The notes under the pieces: model-generated
The model's input: only the letters and a program-made list of their open reading frames with translations
What the model was told of the DNA's origin: nothing
The model's database searches: none
Part shown: positions 48,162 through 56,909 of the stretch, piece after piece
How positions within the stretch are numbered: position 1 is the first letter of the stretch
Layout: the number at the start of each line of letters is the position of its first letter
Assembly: GCA_022772085.1 (NCBI GenBank)
Contig: JALFBN010000009.1
Location: 22,428-86,427, forward strand
DNA: 64,000 bases
Origin: Porphyromonas sp.
Lineage (GTDB): Bacteria > Bacteroidota > Bacteroidia > Bacteroidales > Porphyromonadaceae
Direction of reading: 5' to 3'
Made by a program: the position numbers and the translations under genes

Positions 48162-48211
48162 CTAAAGAGGGGCATCGGAATGCCCAAACCTTCCTGAGGA
48201 GAAGATTCGAA

Positions 48212-48586
48212 TCAGGCCAACTTAGACATGAACTTCTCGCGGTAGACGATGAAACGCTCCAGCGTGCCTCGTCCGATCTCTCCCTTATCGTCTTCGGCCA
48301 ATAGACTAAAGGAGAGTTTGCGTCCATCAACCGCCTCCAACGTGGCAGAGATGCGTACCGTTTGACCAATCGCCGTGGCACGTGTGTGATCCACCTCCAA
48401 ATGAATCCCTACGGTAGAAGCACCCTCTTCGAGGTACGGAGCGACCAATTGCACCGACGCATTCTCCATGAGGGCAATCATGGCAGGTGTTCCGAATACA
48501 GGCAGATCTCCGGAACCAACATGAATGGCAGAATGATGATCTTGCAAAGCAATCTCGATTTGATGGGTTTGATGAAGTGGCAACAT
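48212..48586 (-). CDS. FlK-like (fluoroacetyl-CoA thioesterase family) hotdog thioesterase
   Basis: VGSGDLPVFGTPAMIALME..TVGIHLEVDHTRAT; Thr/Glu/His catalytic residues present. Confidence 0.9.
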   Translation of the reverse strand: MLPLHQTHQIEIALQDHHSAIHVGSGDLPVFGTPAMIALMENASVQLVAPYLEEGASTVGIHLEVDHTRATAIGQTVRISATLEAVDGRKLSFSLLAEDDKGEIGRGTLERFIVYREKFMSKLA

Positions 48587-48625
48587 AGTTTCTTTCTTGT
48601 TGTTGTTAATCTAATTACAGCGGGA

Positions 48626-48657
48626 CAAAGGTACAGATTGTGCCCAAGACTTTCAAA
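48626..48657 (-). promoter_or_regulatory. Promoter TTTG-N20-TACCTTTG for the thioesterase
   Basis: CAAAGGTA 48626-48633 and CAAA 48654-48657 on +. Confidence 0.7.
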
Positions 48658-48737
48658 ACGACAGGGCAGAAGTAAAAAAAGTCATGGGCTGCATTTTTTC
48701 ATCTGCCGGGCAGGAGTCCAAAGCATCTCACCCAAGC

Positions 48738-48816
48738 AAAAAAAAGAGAAAGCCTCTGACCAAAATCAGCTACGAGGCGGAAGTAATCCACTCTCTCCGA
48801 TGGTCAAAAGCTTTCT
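48738..48816 (-). terminator. Long-stem terminator after rubredoxin
   Basis: 16-bp stem AGAAAGCUUUUGACCA/UGGUCAGAGGCUUUCU (two G-U on -), 38-nt loop, U8 tail. Confidence 0.65.
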
Positions 48817-48865
48817 TTAGTAAAATTCGGGACGAATCCCAAAAGACTCCTCCAAAAAGGGGAGT

Positions 48866-49030
48866 TTATTCGTTGTAAGGCACGAAGTCCGACTTCTCAG
48901 CACCACAGAGAGGGCAGGCCCAATCATCAGGGATCTGTTCAAATGGAGTGCCGGCGGCGATACCACTATCGGGATCTCCTACTTCGGGGTCATAGATGTA
49001 CCCACAGAGCTCACAAATGTACTTTCTCAT
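48866..49030 (-). CDS. Rubredoxin
   Basis: Manually translated: [54 protein letters not shown]; two CxxCG motifs; below the ORF-track length cutoff. Confidence 0.98.
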   Translation of the reverse strand: MRKYICELCGYIYDPEVGDPDSGIAAGTPFEQIPDDWACPLCGAEKSDFVPYNE

Positions 49031-49078
49031 AATTCTTCTCTTTCTTATTGCTTAATACTTCTGTTCTTGTTTCGCAAG

Positions 49079-49086
49079 CAAAGGTA
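49079..49086 (-). promoter_or_regulatory. -7 promoter box (TACCTTTG) for rubredoxin
   Basis: CAAAGGTA on +, 48 nt upstream of the ATG. Confidence 0.6.
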
Positions 49087-49143
49087 ATTATTATATCAGC
49101 ACGAAAGATTAAGAATTTGTCTATGCAGTAATAAATGAAATCT

Positions 49144-50151
49144 TTAACAAGCGTGTTTCCGAGGAGCCTTGGGATCTTCGCCATACTTATTGGTATAGCG
49201 TTCCCCCTCTTGTGCTGCATAGACAATGAAGATAATCCAGCCAACAACGGGGATAAGCGAGATCAAAATAAACCAACCCGACTTGCCTATATCGTGCATC
49301 CGCCGTACAGCCACAGAGAGATGGGGAATTAAAAATACAATTTGCAACAAAAACGACAGACCATAGGCAGAGAGAAAAGCGGGGTGACTAAACAGTTCGC
49401 TATAAAACCCAAGGAGGTCAATGCTCGACGGAATCACATCCAAATGCGCATCCAATACATCGCTCAATGCCGAAGGCAGGAGTGTAACGGACGAGATAAT
49501 TTGGAGTGCATAGTTAAAGATGAGACTGAAAAGGAAAAATCCCCAAAACTCTCGGCGTCGTGCCCGACCCGAGAATTGGGCAAAACGCTTGGTAATGCAA
49601 AGAATAAAATACTCCCATAACGAATGCTCCTCTACTCCTTGATCGAAAGGAGAATACGGTGCATCTCCTGATGGCTTCGCAAAGGTGGGAGGAATGGGGG
49701 GAGGAGTCTCCTCTTGGAGGGGGAGGGGAGGTCTGGGATCTACAGGAGCACTCTCAGGAATTAGAAGAGCGGCCAATTCAGGAACAGACAACACGGCAAT
49801 CCATTCAGCGAGGCCTTCGTACCAAACCCATTGCGCCTGCCTTAGGGGAGCAACATCCTGCATCAGCTCCTCGAGAGTAAAGCGTCCTATATGGGCGTTT
49901 CCGGTGGCGAGATAATAAACTTTCTCCCTTTGACTAGTCTCTGGTGAAGCCTTTTCAGAGACCGTGGCTGGCAGTGGGACGGTCCCCTCAAAGACCATCC
50001 GCAACTCCTCGATCTGCTGAAGAGGGAGCCAACGTACCCACCCCTCCCGCCACACAAGCGTTTGCGGGGGTAAATCAAGACTCAATAACGTCTGGGCTGT
50101 AAAGGGACCCTCTTGTTGATTGTTGCGTAAAATGTAATACGAATAGTCCAT
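49144..50151 (-). CDS. DUF805 membrane protein with two N-terminal GYF_2-like domains
   Basis: YYILRNNQQEGPF..LVWREGWVRW and YYL..GRF..WVWYEGLAEW; Pro-rich linker; FSGRARRREFW, VAVRRMHDIGKSGW, NKYGEDP. Confidence 0.85.
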   Translation of the reverse strand: MDYSYYILRNNQQEGPFTAQTLLSLDLPPQTLVWREGWVRWLPLQQIEELRMVFEGTVPLPATVSEKASPETSQREKVYYLATGNAHIGRFTLEELMQDVAPLRQAQWVWYEGLAEWIAVLSVPELAALLIPESAPVDPRPPLPLQEETPPPIPPTFAKPSGDAPYSPFDQGVEEHSLWEYFILCITKRFAQFSGRARRREFWGFFLFSLIFNYALQIISSVTLLPSALSDVLDAHLDVIPSSIDLLGFYSELFSHPAFLSAYGLSFLLQIVFLIPHLSVAVRRMHDIGKSGWFILISLIPVVGWIIFIVYAAQEGERYTNKYGEDPKAPRKHAC

Positions 50152-50241
50152 GATGCGAGGATTTTATACGATGAAAAGTCTCGATCCGAAGACTTTTAGG
50201 GAGTACACAGATCGGGGCTATGAGAGGGAAGAGGAAGAGAC

Positions 50242-50880
50242 TTATTTCTTCGTTTCGGACTTCTTCTCGGGAACCGCTTCGGGCGTATCCTTCTTATAAG
50301 ACTTATTCAATTCGTCAATAACACGTTGGGTAATGTCAAGTCCTTCACGTGCATAGAGGATATTGTCCGCCTTTACATTGGAGAGAATCAAATCATACCC
50401 CCATTCCTTATTCATCTTGGCGATCTCCTCTTTGATCGTATTATAGAGTTTTTCTTCAGCAGCTTGTTGCTCCTTCATAAGCTGCTCAGTCAGCGTTGCA
50501 TTGAGCGACTCGACCTCCTGCTGCATCTTCATTAGACGATTTTGCTCCGCCTCTGCAGCCTCACGCGTGGTAAACTGATTGTTTTGTAGCTTCTGTTGGA
50601 AAGCTGCTCCTGCACGCTGGAGGTTGGTCATCTTAGCGGTAAGCGAAGCACGGCTATCGTTACTTTTTTTCTCTAAAGAGGCTTTCATCTCTGTGTATTG
50701 AGCATAATTGTTCAGTACCGAGTCAAGCTCCACATAGGCGATGTTGAGCTTTTCAGACTTAGCCGTGCCAAGTGAGTCTGCACACTGCTTAGAGTGGGAC
50801 GTACTTTGACAAGAAACGCCCGAAACGAGTATGGTGAGGGCAAAAACAGCCCCCAAAAAGGTTTGTTTCAAAGATTGCAT
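50242..50880 (-). CDS. OmpH/Skp family protein, predicted lipoprotein
   Basis: Likely start MQSLKQ (50880); lipobox VSGVSC; IAYVELDSVL, coiled coil, GYDLIL..ILYA..DIT..VIDELNK. Confidence 0.88.
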   Translation of the reverse strand: MQSLKQTFLGAVFALTILVSGVSCQSTSHSKQCADSLGTAKSEKLNIAYVELDSVLNNYAQYTEMKASLEKKSNDSRASLTAKMTNLQRAGAAFQQKLQNNQFTTREAAEAEQNRLMKMQQEVESLNATLTEQLMKEQQAAEEKLYNTIKEEIAKMNKEWGYDLILSNVKADNILYAREGLDITQRVIDELNKSYKKDTPEAVPEKKSETKK

Positions 50881-50911
50881 GGGTTTGATTGTTTTATCTT
50901 TCTCCTGTTTA

Positions 50912-51124
50912 TTATTCCTCTTGAATGCGGTCGAAGAGTCCCTTTCTGCGTGCCTCATCCTCCATCTGACGGTTGGCACAATGAATCCCCTTGTCCCGTA
51001 GTGCTTTGTTGGCCTCTATATGGGTACTGGGGAACTTGCCTCCCTTTACCAACAAGATGCGAATCCCCAGAAGAACCAATGCCAAAAGCATAATCACAAG
51101 TGCAGCCAACAGTATTTTCGCCAT
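50912..51124 (-). CDS. Small single-TM hypothetical protein
   Basis: 70 aa: TM then GKFPSTHIEANKAL..KGIHC; has an upstream -7 box. Confidence 0.7.
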   Translation of the reverse strand: MAKILLAALVIMLLALVLLGIRILLVKGGKFPSTHIEANKALRDKGIHCANRQMEDEARRKGLFDRIQEE

Positions 51125-51131
51125 TTTGTCT

Positions 51132-51152
51132 TATATTTGTGGGACAAAGATA
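51132..51152. promoter_or_regulatory. Two opposed -7 boxes (TATATTTG on +, TATCTTTG on -)
   Basis: TATATTTG 51132-51139 (+, towards pepD); CAAAGATA 51145-51152 (-, towards the small-protein/OmpH/DUF805 genes). Confidence 0.6.
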
Positions 51153-51179
51153 AATATAAATAGAAGATAGAGAAACGCG

Positions 51180-52637
51180 ATGAACATCACAGAACTCAAG
51201 CCCACCGCTGTGTGGGGCTATTTTCATCAAATCACACAGGTACCACGCCCCAGCAAAAAGGAAGAAAAGATATTGGCATTCCTCAAGAACTTTGCTGAAG
51301 AGCACCACCTCGAATATGACCAGGATGCAGCAGGTAATATCGTGATCCGCAAACCTGCAACCAAAGGATACGAAAATCGTAAAACCGTGATCCTCCAGAG
51401 TCACGTGGACATGGTATGCGAAAAAAATAATGACACTGTACACAACTTTGATACCGATCCCATCCGCACAATTATCGATGGCGAATGGGTACGTGCCGAT
51501 GGTACAACCCTCGGAGCCGATAACGGCATTGGTGTAGCAGCTGAAATGGCGGTTCTTACGGACAATACACTAGAGCATGGTCCTATCGAATGCCTCTTCA
51601 CAGTAGATGAAGAAACGGGACTTACGGGAGCCATGAACCTCGCTCCCGGGTTCGTAAAGGGGACAATTTTGCTAAACCTCGATAGCGAAGATGAGGGCGA
51701 GATGTTTATCGGCTGTGCCGGTGGTATGGGTACAATGGCCTATTATAAGTACACGCAAGAGGAGGCCCCCAAGGACTATTACTATGCAACGATCAAAGTG
51801 AGTGGTCTCAAGGGAGGGCACTCGGGTGGCGACATCCACGTAGGTCTCGGTGCTGCCACCAAGATCATCACCCGTGCGCTTTACGCAGTTCGTGAGAAGA
51901 TGCCTATGGTACTCGCTCACATTGACGGAGGGAACCTTCACAACGCTATTGCTCGTGAGGCAACTGCCACGATCGGTATTCCTATGGATCAAAAAGAGGC
52001 TCTTGCGGTCCTCATTAACGAACTCGATGGAGATGTGCGCCAAGAACTGAAAGCCGTAGATTCTGGAGTACAAATCGTCGTAAGCACAGCAAACGCTCCT
52101 GCAACAATTATAGATGCCGATACGACACGTCGTCTGATTTTGGCTCTTTACAGCTGTCCTCATGGTGTAATGGGGATGAGCCACAGCATCGAAGGCTTGG
52201 TAGAGACCTCCACCAACCTTGCTTCTATCAAGATGAAAGAAGATGGAATCATCCGTATAGAGACCAGCCAACGTTCTTCCAGTGAATCACTCAAAACCGA
52301 TATAGGCAACACCGTAAAATCTGTATTCGAAATGAGTGGTGCAGAGGTAGAAGTGCGCGACGGTTACCCCGGATGGAGTCCCAATACAGAGTCTCCCATC
52401 CTCAAAGTAGCCGTAGATGCCTACAAACGTCTCTTTGGGAAGGAACCTGCCGTGAAGGCAATCCATGCCGGACTTGAGTGCGGACTCTTCCTCACAAAGT
52501 ATCCATTCCTTGACATGGTTTCGTTTGGTCCCACATTGCGCGATGTACACTCTCCCGTAGAGAAGATGGAAATTGCCACCGTGGACCTCTTCTGGCGTCA
52601 CCTCGTAGAGGTACTGAAAAACATCCCCGAGGCCTAA
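51180..52637 (+). CDS. pepD: Aminoacyl-histidine dipeptidase (M20C)
   Basis: PRPSKKEE, LQSHVDMV, GTTLGADNGIG, DEETG, NLDSEDEG, GGHSG, IHAGLECG, HSPVE. Confidence 0.97.
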   Translation: MNITELKPTAVWGYFHQITQVPRPSKKEEKILAFLKNFAEEHHLEYDQDAAGNIVIRKPATKGYENRKTVILQSHVDMVCEKNNDTVHNFDTDPIRTIIDGEWVRADGTTLGADNGIGVAAEMAVLTDNTLEHGPIECLFTVDEETGLTGAMNLAPGFVKGTILLNLDSEDEGEMFIGCAGGMGTMAYYKYTQEEAPKDYYYATIKVSGLKGGHSGGDIHVGLGAATKIITRALYAVREKMPMVLAHIDGGNLHNAIAREATATIGIPMDQKEALAVLINELDGDVRQELKAVDSGVQIVVSTANAPATIIDADTTRRLILALYSCPHGVMGMSHSIEGLVETSTNLASIKMKEDGIIRIETSQRSSSESLKTDIGNTVKSVFEMSGAEVEVRDGYPGWSPNTESPILKVAVDAYKRLFGKEPAVKAIHAGLECGLFLTKYPFLDMVSFGPTLRDVHSPVEKMEIATVDLFWRHLVEVLKNIPEA

Positions 52638-52664
52638 AGAGCAAATCTCTTTGTAGAGGGCCAC

Positions 52665-52697
<33 letters not shown>

Positions 52698-52723
52698 AAA
52701 TCCCATCACCTAAATCCAATGTT

Positions 52724-52765
52724 AAGCCTCATGGCAGTGTTCTGCTGCTGTGAGGCTTTTTCTTT
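52724..52765 (+). terminator. pepD intrinsic terminator
   Basis: AAGCCUCAUGGCAG/CUGCUGUGAGGCUU stem with G-U pairs on +, followed by a U-rich tail. Confidence 0.8.
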
Positions 52766-52807
52766 AGACTAAGAGCACCTCTTCGGGGCGAGGAGATCGG
52801 GAATGTA

Positions 52808-53689
52808 TTAGGCGATAAAGGCAAGTGCGGCCCAACCACTACTGTCTTTGCCACGCAGGTATCTGAAACCAGCCTCTTCCAATGCCAAGCGTAGCATTTC
52901 TGCATCTTCTTTTTGATAGAATCCGCTGATAAGCAGCAACCCGCCCGAGCATAAAAGGCGTCGGTAGTGGGGGAGATCATGTAGGATGATGTTGCGATGA
53001 ATATTGGCAACAAGGGCACCAAAACAAGCCTCTTCAAAGGTCAATTCGTCCAAGATCCCCTCGTAGAAGGAGCAGGAGACTGTAAGCCCATTGAGAGCGG
53101 TATTGTGCTTGGCATTCTCCACAGCCGTGGCATCAATATCGACAAAGTCGATCCGTTCTGCCCCAAAAAGTGCAGCAGCAATCCCCAGGACTCCTGTGCC
53201 ACATCCCACATCCAGCAGACGTGCTCCGGCAAGTCTCTCTCGTTCCTCCAGCAGTAGCGAAAGCATCATCTGCGTGGTATGATGCGCCCCACTTCCAAAG
53301 GCACAACGAGGCTCCAAAAGCAGTTCTTGCATCACTCGGGGAGAGGCTCTATGATAGGGAGCCCGTACGTACAACTCATTGCCCAAAGCAAAGGGAGCAA
53401 ACCCTTCGACCTCCCAACGACTATTCCAGTTTTCACTCGCGCAGAGCGAGGCATGGTACGAAAAGGCTATGTGGAGACACTCCAAACACCACACGCCCTC
53501 GTCCTCTAATGATTCAAAAGAACGTTCACTCACATAGGCTATAAGACGCTTCTCCTCGGGATACTCTTCAAAAGTTTCAAAGCCTCTATCGGCTAACTCC
53601 TGACTCAGTAATGGCAGGTAGACTGTAGCATCGCACCCCGAGCACTCCCCCTCGGATAGGAGGTTAAAAGTGTATTGCTTGTATCTCAT
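52808..53689 (-). CDS. prmA: Ribosomal protein L11 methyltransferase
   Basis: LSQELADRGFETFEE, NWNSRWE, AFGSGAHHTT, LDVGCGTGVL, ANIHRN, LISGFY. Confidence 0.92.
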   Translation of the reverse strand: MRYKQYTFNLLSEGECSGCDATVYLPLLSQELADRGFETFEEYPEEKRLIAYVSERSFESLEDEGVWCLECLHIAFSYHASLCASENWNSRWEVEGFAPFALGNELYVRAPYHRASPRVMQELLLEPRCAFGSGAHHTTQMMLSLLLEERERLAGARLLDVGCGTGVLGIAAALFGAERIDFVDIDATAVENAKHNTALNGLTVSCSFYEGILDELTFEEACFGALVANIHRNIILHDLPHYRRLLCSGGLLLISGFYQKEDAEMLRLALEEAGFRYLRGKDSSGWAALAFIA

Positions 53690-53700
53690 GATCTCTCGTG

Positions 53701-53708
53701 CAAAGATA
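53701..53708 (-). promoter_or_regulatory. -7 promoter box (TATCTTTG) for prmA
   Basis: CAAAGATA on +, 11 nt upstream of the ATG. Confidence 0.55.
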
Positions 53709-53714
53709 CAAAAA

Positions 53715-53805
53715 AGGTGGAAGACCTTAGGGGTAACGTGAGGGAGATACGTACCTAGTCTTCCACCTCCTTATGTTCTCTAGTGGATCTTACATACTCC
53801 ACTAG
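53715..53805 (-). terminator. Two hairpins downstream of the Ig lipoprotein gene
   Basis: AGGTGGAAGAC/GTCTTCCACCT (53715-53768) and CTAGTGGA/TCCACTAG (53780-53805). Confidence 0.65.
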
Positions 53806-53816
53806 GAGATGTGGTA

Positions 53817-54827
53817 TTACTTCAGTCCGTTGAACGTAGCATCAAAACTGATAGGTTCTACTTGAAAATAAAGATCCGGGCAATTAAATACGATAAAGTA
53901 CTTACCCTTGCTCGTTTCATTAGGTTTCTTCGTCTTGAGGACTTCGATTCCCCTCTTTGAACCTGGTTTTGAACCTCCGCATTCAATCCAAAAAGCGAGT
54001 ACCTTCGTTTGGAAAATACCAGAATCCTGATAAGGTCTATTCTCACGCACTTGGATAGAAACAGTGTAAGGTTCTGTGGGGTTGTAGCCATTTTCAGGCG
54101 TTGCCCCTTCAAGGAAGGCTGCCATCTGATAGGGACGGGCATAGTTTACATCCTTCCCAAACAACTCTTTAAGACGACCTACACAACTGTTCACGTTGGT
54201 GGAGGTATTGCACAATTTGAGGCATTCGAGACCGATATTTCGATTACGACGATACATTTCCATAGCCATAACTTCAAGAGCTACAGCCCCTTGAGGTTCG
54301 GTTCCGATCTGCTCACGTACTTGAATAAACTCTGCAACCGAAACGGGGAAGCGGTCGAAACTAACCTTACCGCCCTGTCCGGGAGTAAAGACCTGATGGT
54401 CTATTTTCCCGGTCATAGTCACTTGGATGGGGTTTAGTTGCTTCGTACCCTTAACCTGTACCTTGCATACGCCACGAGCGCTACCGGCCGAGGCGGTAAT
54501 ATTTGCATTTCCTTCAGCAACCCCAACCACGGTACCATCGGCAGTAACAGAGGCAACACTTTCGTTGTCCGAAGTCCACGTTACAAATCCGATTTTTGCA
54601 TCAGCATTGAGGACAACCGTCAGCTGTTTCGTCTCATTGACCTTGAGGGTTAATTCGGTTGCACTGAGTTGTAGACTCGTTACTCCACTGGGATCATCAG
54701 GATTGGGCCCAGGATTAGGTCCCGGGGTGGGATTGTTCTTTGGATTACATCCGAAGCAGGCAATACTTACCAACGTCATCATCATTGCAGTACCCAATAG
54801 GGACAGCCATGTTTTCATTTTGTTCAT
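53817..54827 (-). CDS. Lipoprotein with Pro-rich linker, Ig-like (Big_2) domain and DUF6935-like C-terminal domain
   Basis: Lipobox VSIAC; PTPGPNPGPNPDDP; VTWTSDNESVASVTADGTVVGVAEG; EGATPENGYNPTEPY. The DUF assignment is from memory. Confidence 0.8.
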   Translation of the reverse strand: MNKMKTWLSLLGTAMMMTLVSIACFGCNPKNNPTPGPNPGPNPDDPSGVTSLQLSATELTLKVNETKQLTVVLNADAKIGFVTWTSDNESVASVTADGTVVGVAEGNANITASAGSARGVCKVQVKGTKQLNPIQVTMTGKIDHQVFTPGQGGKVSFDRFPVSVAEFIQVREQIGTEPQGAVALEVMAMEMYRRNRNIGLECLKLCNTSTNVNSCVGRLKELFGKDVNYARPYQMAAFLEGATPENGYNPTEPYTVSIQVRENRPYQDSGIFQTKVLAFWIECGGSKPGSKRGIEVLKTKKPNETSKGKYFIVFNCPDLYFQVEPISFDATFNGLK

Positions 54828-55199
54828 AGTGCTTTTTTAGTTTTAAGTGATTAATCTATTTTATTCGGTTCTCTCTCCCCCTTTCGCCTTCTACTCCCCC
54901 CAAGAGCTACATACACAAACTCTCTCTTCAGGAAAAAGCAGAGAAGCGAGGAAGAAAACCATTTTTTATCCTATAAATCCACTATTTAGCTTCCGTTTCA
55001 GAAGATCCTCGCATACACATCTCTCATTTGATCGCTATGCAAAAAGAGAGGAGAGCATCTTCCGCCCTTTGTTAATCATCTGTACTAGCCAGTACCTTGT
55101 GTTTTTCACTATTGTGTCCAATGGTATAGCAGCTATACGTCGGTAAAGGTACTGTTTATTTCCGAAATAGCACTATTTCCTCCCCTGAAAATAGAGAAA

Positions 55200-55264
55200 T
55201 CCTCTCCTCTAATCGCAGATCTCCTCTTACATATAAGAGAGAGCATAGCGAGAAGAGGAGAGGA
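55200..55264 (-). terminator. Hairpin downstream of the POT transporter
   Basis: TCCTCTCCTCT/AGAGGAGAGGA outer stem with an inner CTCTTA/TAAGAG stem. Confidence 0.65.
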
Positions 55265-55298
55265 CTCCTATATATGGGTCAGGGATGCCCAAAAGGGG

Positions 55299-56855
55299 TT
55301 ACTTGGCAATACGCTCGAGCCATTTCACCATACCGAGCATGATCGCCATGGAAATCACGCAGACAACGGCGAATACCGTCCAGCATTGCCACAAAGGCAT
55401 CTTATTGTACATCAACGGGCCAATCCAGATGAGCAAGTTACCCACAGCTGTGGCACCGAGCCACAACCCCTGACATAGACCCTGCAAATGCTTAGGAGCG
55501 ACTTTAGAAACGAAAGACAAACCAAGGGGAGAGATAAAGAGCTCTGCCACGGTAAGGAAGAAGTAGGTTACGATGAGGACCCAAGGACCGGCCTTCATGG
55601 CTGTTTGCGTTGCTTGATCCATGGCACGGAAGCTATCGCCTGAGGGGAAGTCCATCAACATGGAGACAACTCCCAAGAAGATGTATGCAATGGCGGCAAT
55701 GGCCATACCGATCGCGATCTTACGAGGGGTAGAAATGCTCTTGCCACGACGGCTCAATGCACCGAAGATCGCCATAATGATCGGTGTGAGGGCGATCACG
55801 AAGAAGGGGTTCACCGCCTGCCAAATTTCGGGAGGGATAGCATCCGTCTTCACGAAGTCACGAGCAAAAACCGATAGAGACTGTCCATTTTGGTGGAATG
55901 AGAACCAAAAGAAAATAGCAACGCCCAACACCGCAAAGAGGGCATACAGGCGACGCTTGATCTCCGAAGCCATAGCGGCTTTTTCTTCTGCAGAGTAATC
56001 CTCTACAGCTTGTGCCTCTTTTTTTGAGGGTGTGGGGAGGCTGCGCTTGGTAACAACGAAGATAAGCAACGAGATTACCATGGCAACTACCGATGCGATG
56101 AACGAGTAGTGCACTCCGGTATTGAAGGTTTCGAGATACTGTTGGCAGAAGTCCATCGAAACGGCAGAACCGCCCACTTCCGAAACGAGCTTATTGATAT
56201 TGTCCAAGTCTTGACCTACGAGGTTGCCTCCGGCATTGATGTACTTATGGCACAATTCGGGCAAACTAGCATTGTAAGTTAGGTTGTGAACACCCAACCA
56301 CCAGCTACGGAGCAAAGGAGCCACAAAGGGAGCAATAAGACCTCCGATATTGATGAATACATAGAAGATCTGGAACCCGGAGTCACGCTTACCCTTGGCA
56401 ATGCGTAAAGCCTCTTCGTCCTCTTTGGCTGCATCTGCCTCTAAGTTGTCATACATCTGACCCACAATAGCCTGCAAGTTCCCCTTGAAAAGACCATTAC
56501 CAAATGCAATGAGCAAGAGGGCTACGCAGGTAAAAGGAAGAAGCCACCCGATATTGGCAGAGGTGGACATGATGGGGATGGAGAGGAGAACATAACCCAG
56601 AGTCATCACCGCCAAACCTGAAATAATCGTACCCTTATAGTTCTGAGTCCTATCGGCGATCACACCACCCACCAAACTCAACACATAGATAAGGGCATAG
56701 AATACGGCATAGATCACACCACTCGTGGTATCGTCTAGACCAAATTTAGAGCACAAGAATAGCAGGAGTACTGCATTCATGATGTAGTAGCCGAAGCGTT
56801 CGCCCATGTTACTCAGGGCCGCCGCGACTAGTCCTTTCGGATGATTTTTGAACAT
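55299..56855 (-). CDS. POT/PTR family proton-dependent oligopeptide transporter
   Basis: NMGERFGYY (ExxERFxYY variant), GNGLFKGN, FYVFINIGG, AELFISPLGLSFVSKVAP. Confidence 0.95.
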   Translation of the reverse strand: MFKNHPKGLVAAALSNMGERFGYYIMNAVLLLFLCSKFGLDDTTSGVIYAVFYALIYVLSLVGGVIADRTQNYKGTIISGLAVMTLGYVLLSIPIMSTSANIGWLLPFTCVALLLIAFGNGLFKGNLQAIVGQMYDNLEADAAKEDEEALRIAKGKRDSGFQIFYVFINIGGLIAPFVAPLLRSWWLGVHNLTYNASLPELCHKYINAGGNLVGQDLDNINKLVSEVGGSAVSMDFCQQYLETFNTGVHYSFIASVVAMVISLLIFVVTKRSLPTPSKKEAQAVEDYSAEEKAAMASEIKRRLYALFAVLGVAIFFWFSFHQNGQSLSVFARDFVKTDAIPPEIWQAVNPFFVIALTPIIMAIFGALSRRGKSISTPRKIAIGMAIAAIAYIFLGVVSMLMDFPSGDSFRAMDQATQTAMKAGPWVLIVTYFFLTVAELFISPLGLSFVSKVAPKHLQGLCQGLWLGATAVGNLLIWIGPLMYNKMPLWQCWTVFAVVCVISMAIMLGMVKWLERIAK

Positions 56856-56909
56856 ACGCTTATGGATTAAATTATTATTGGATTCTTCTATTCACTTGGT
56901 GTGCCGATG

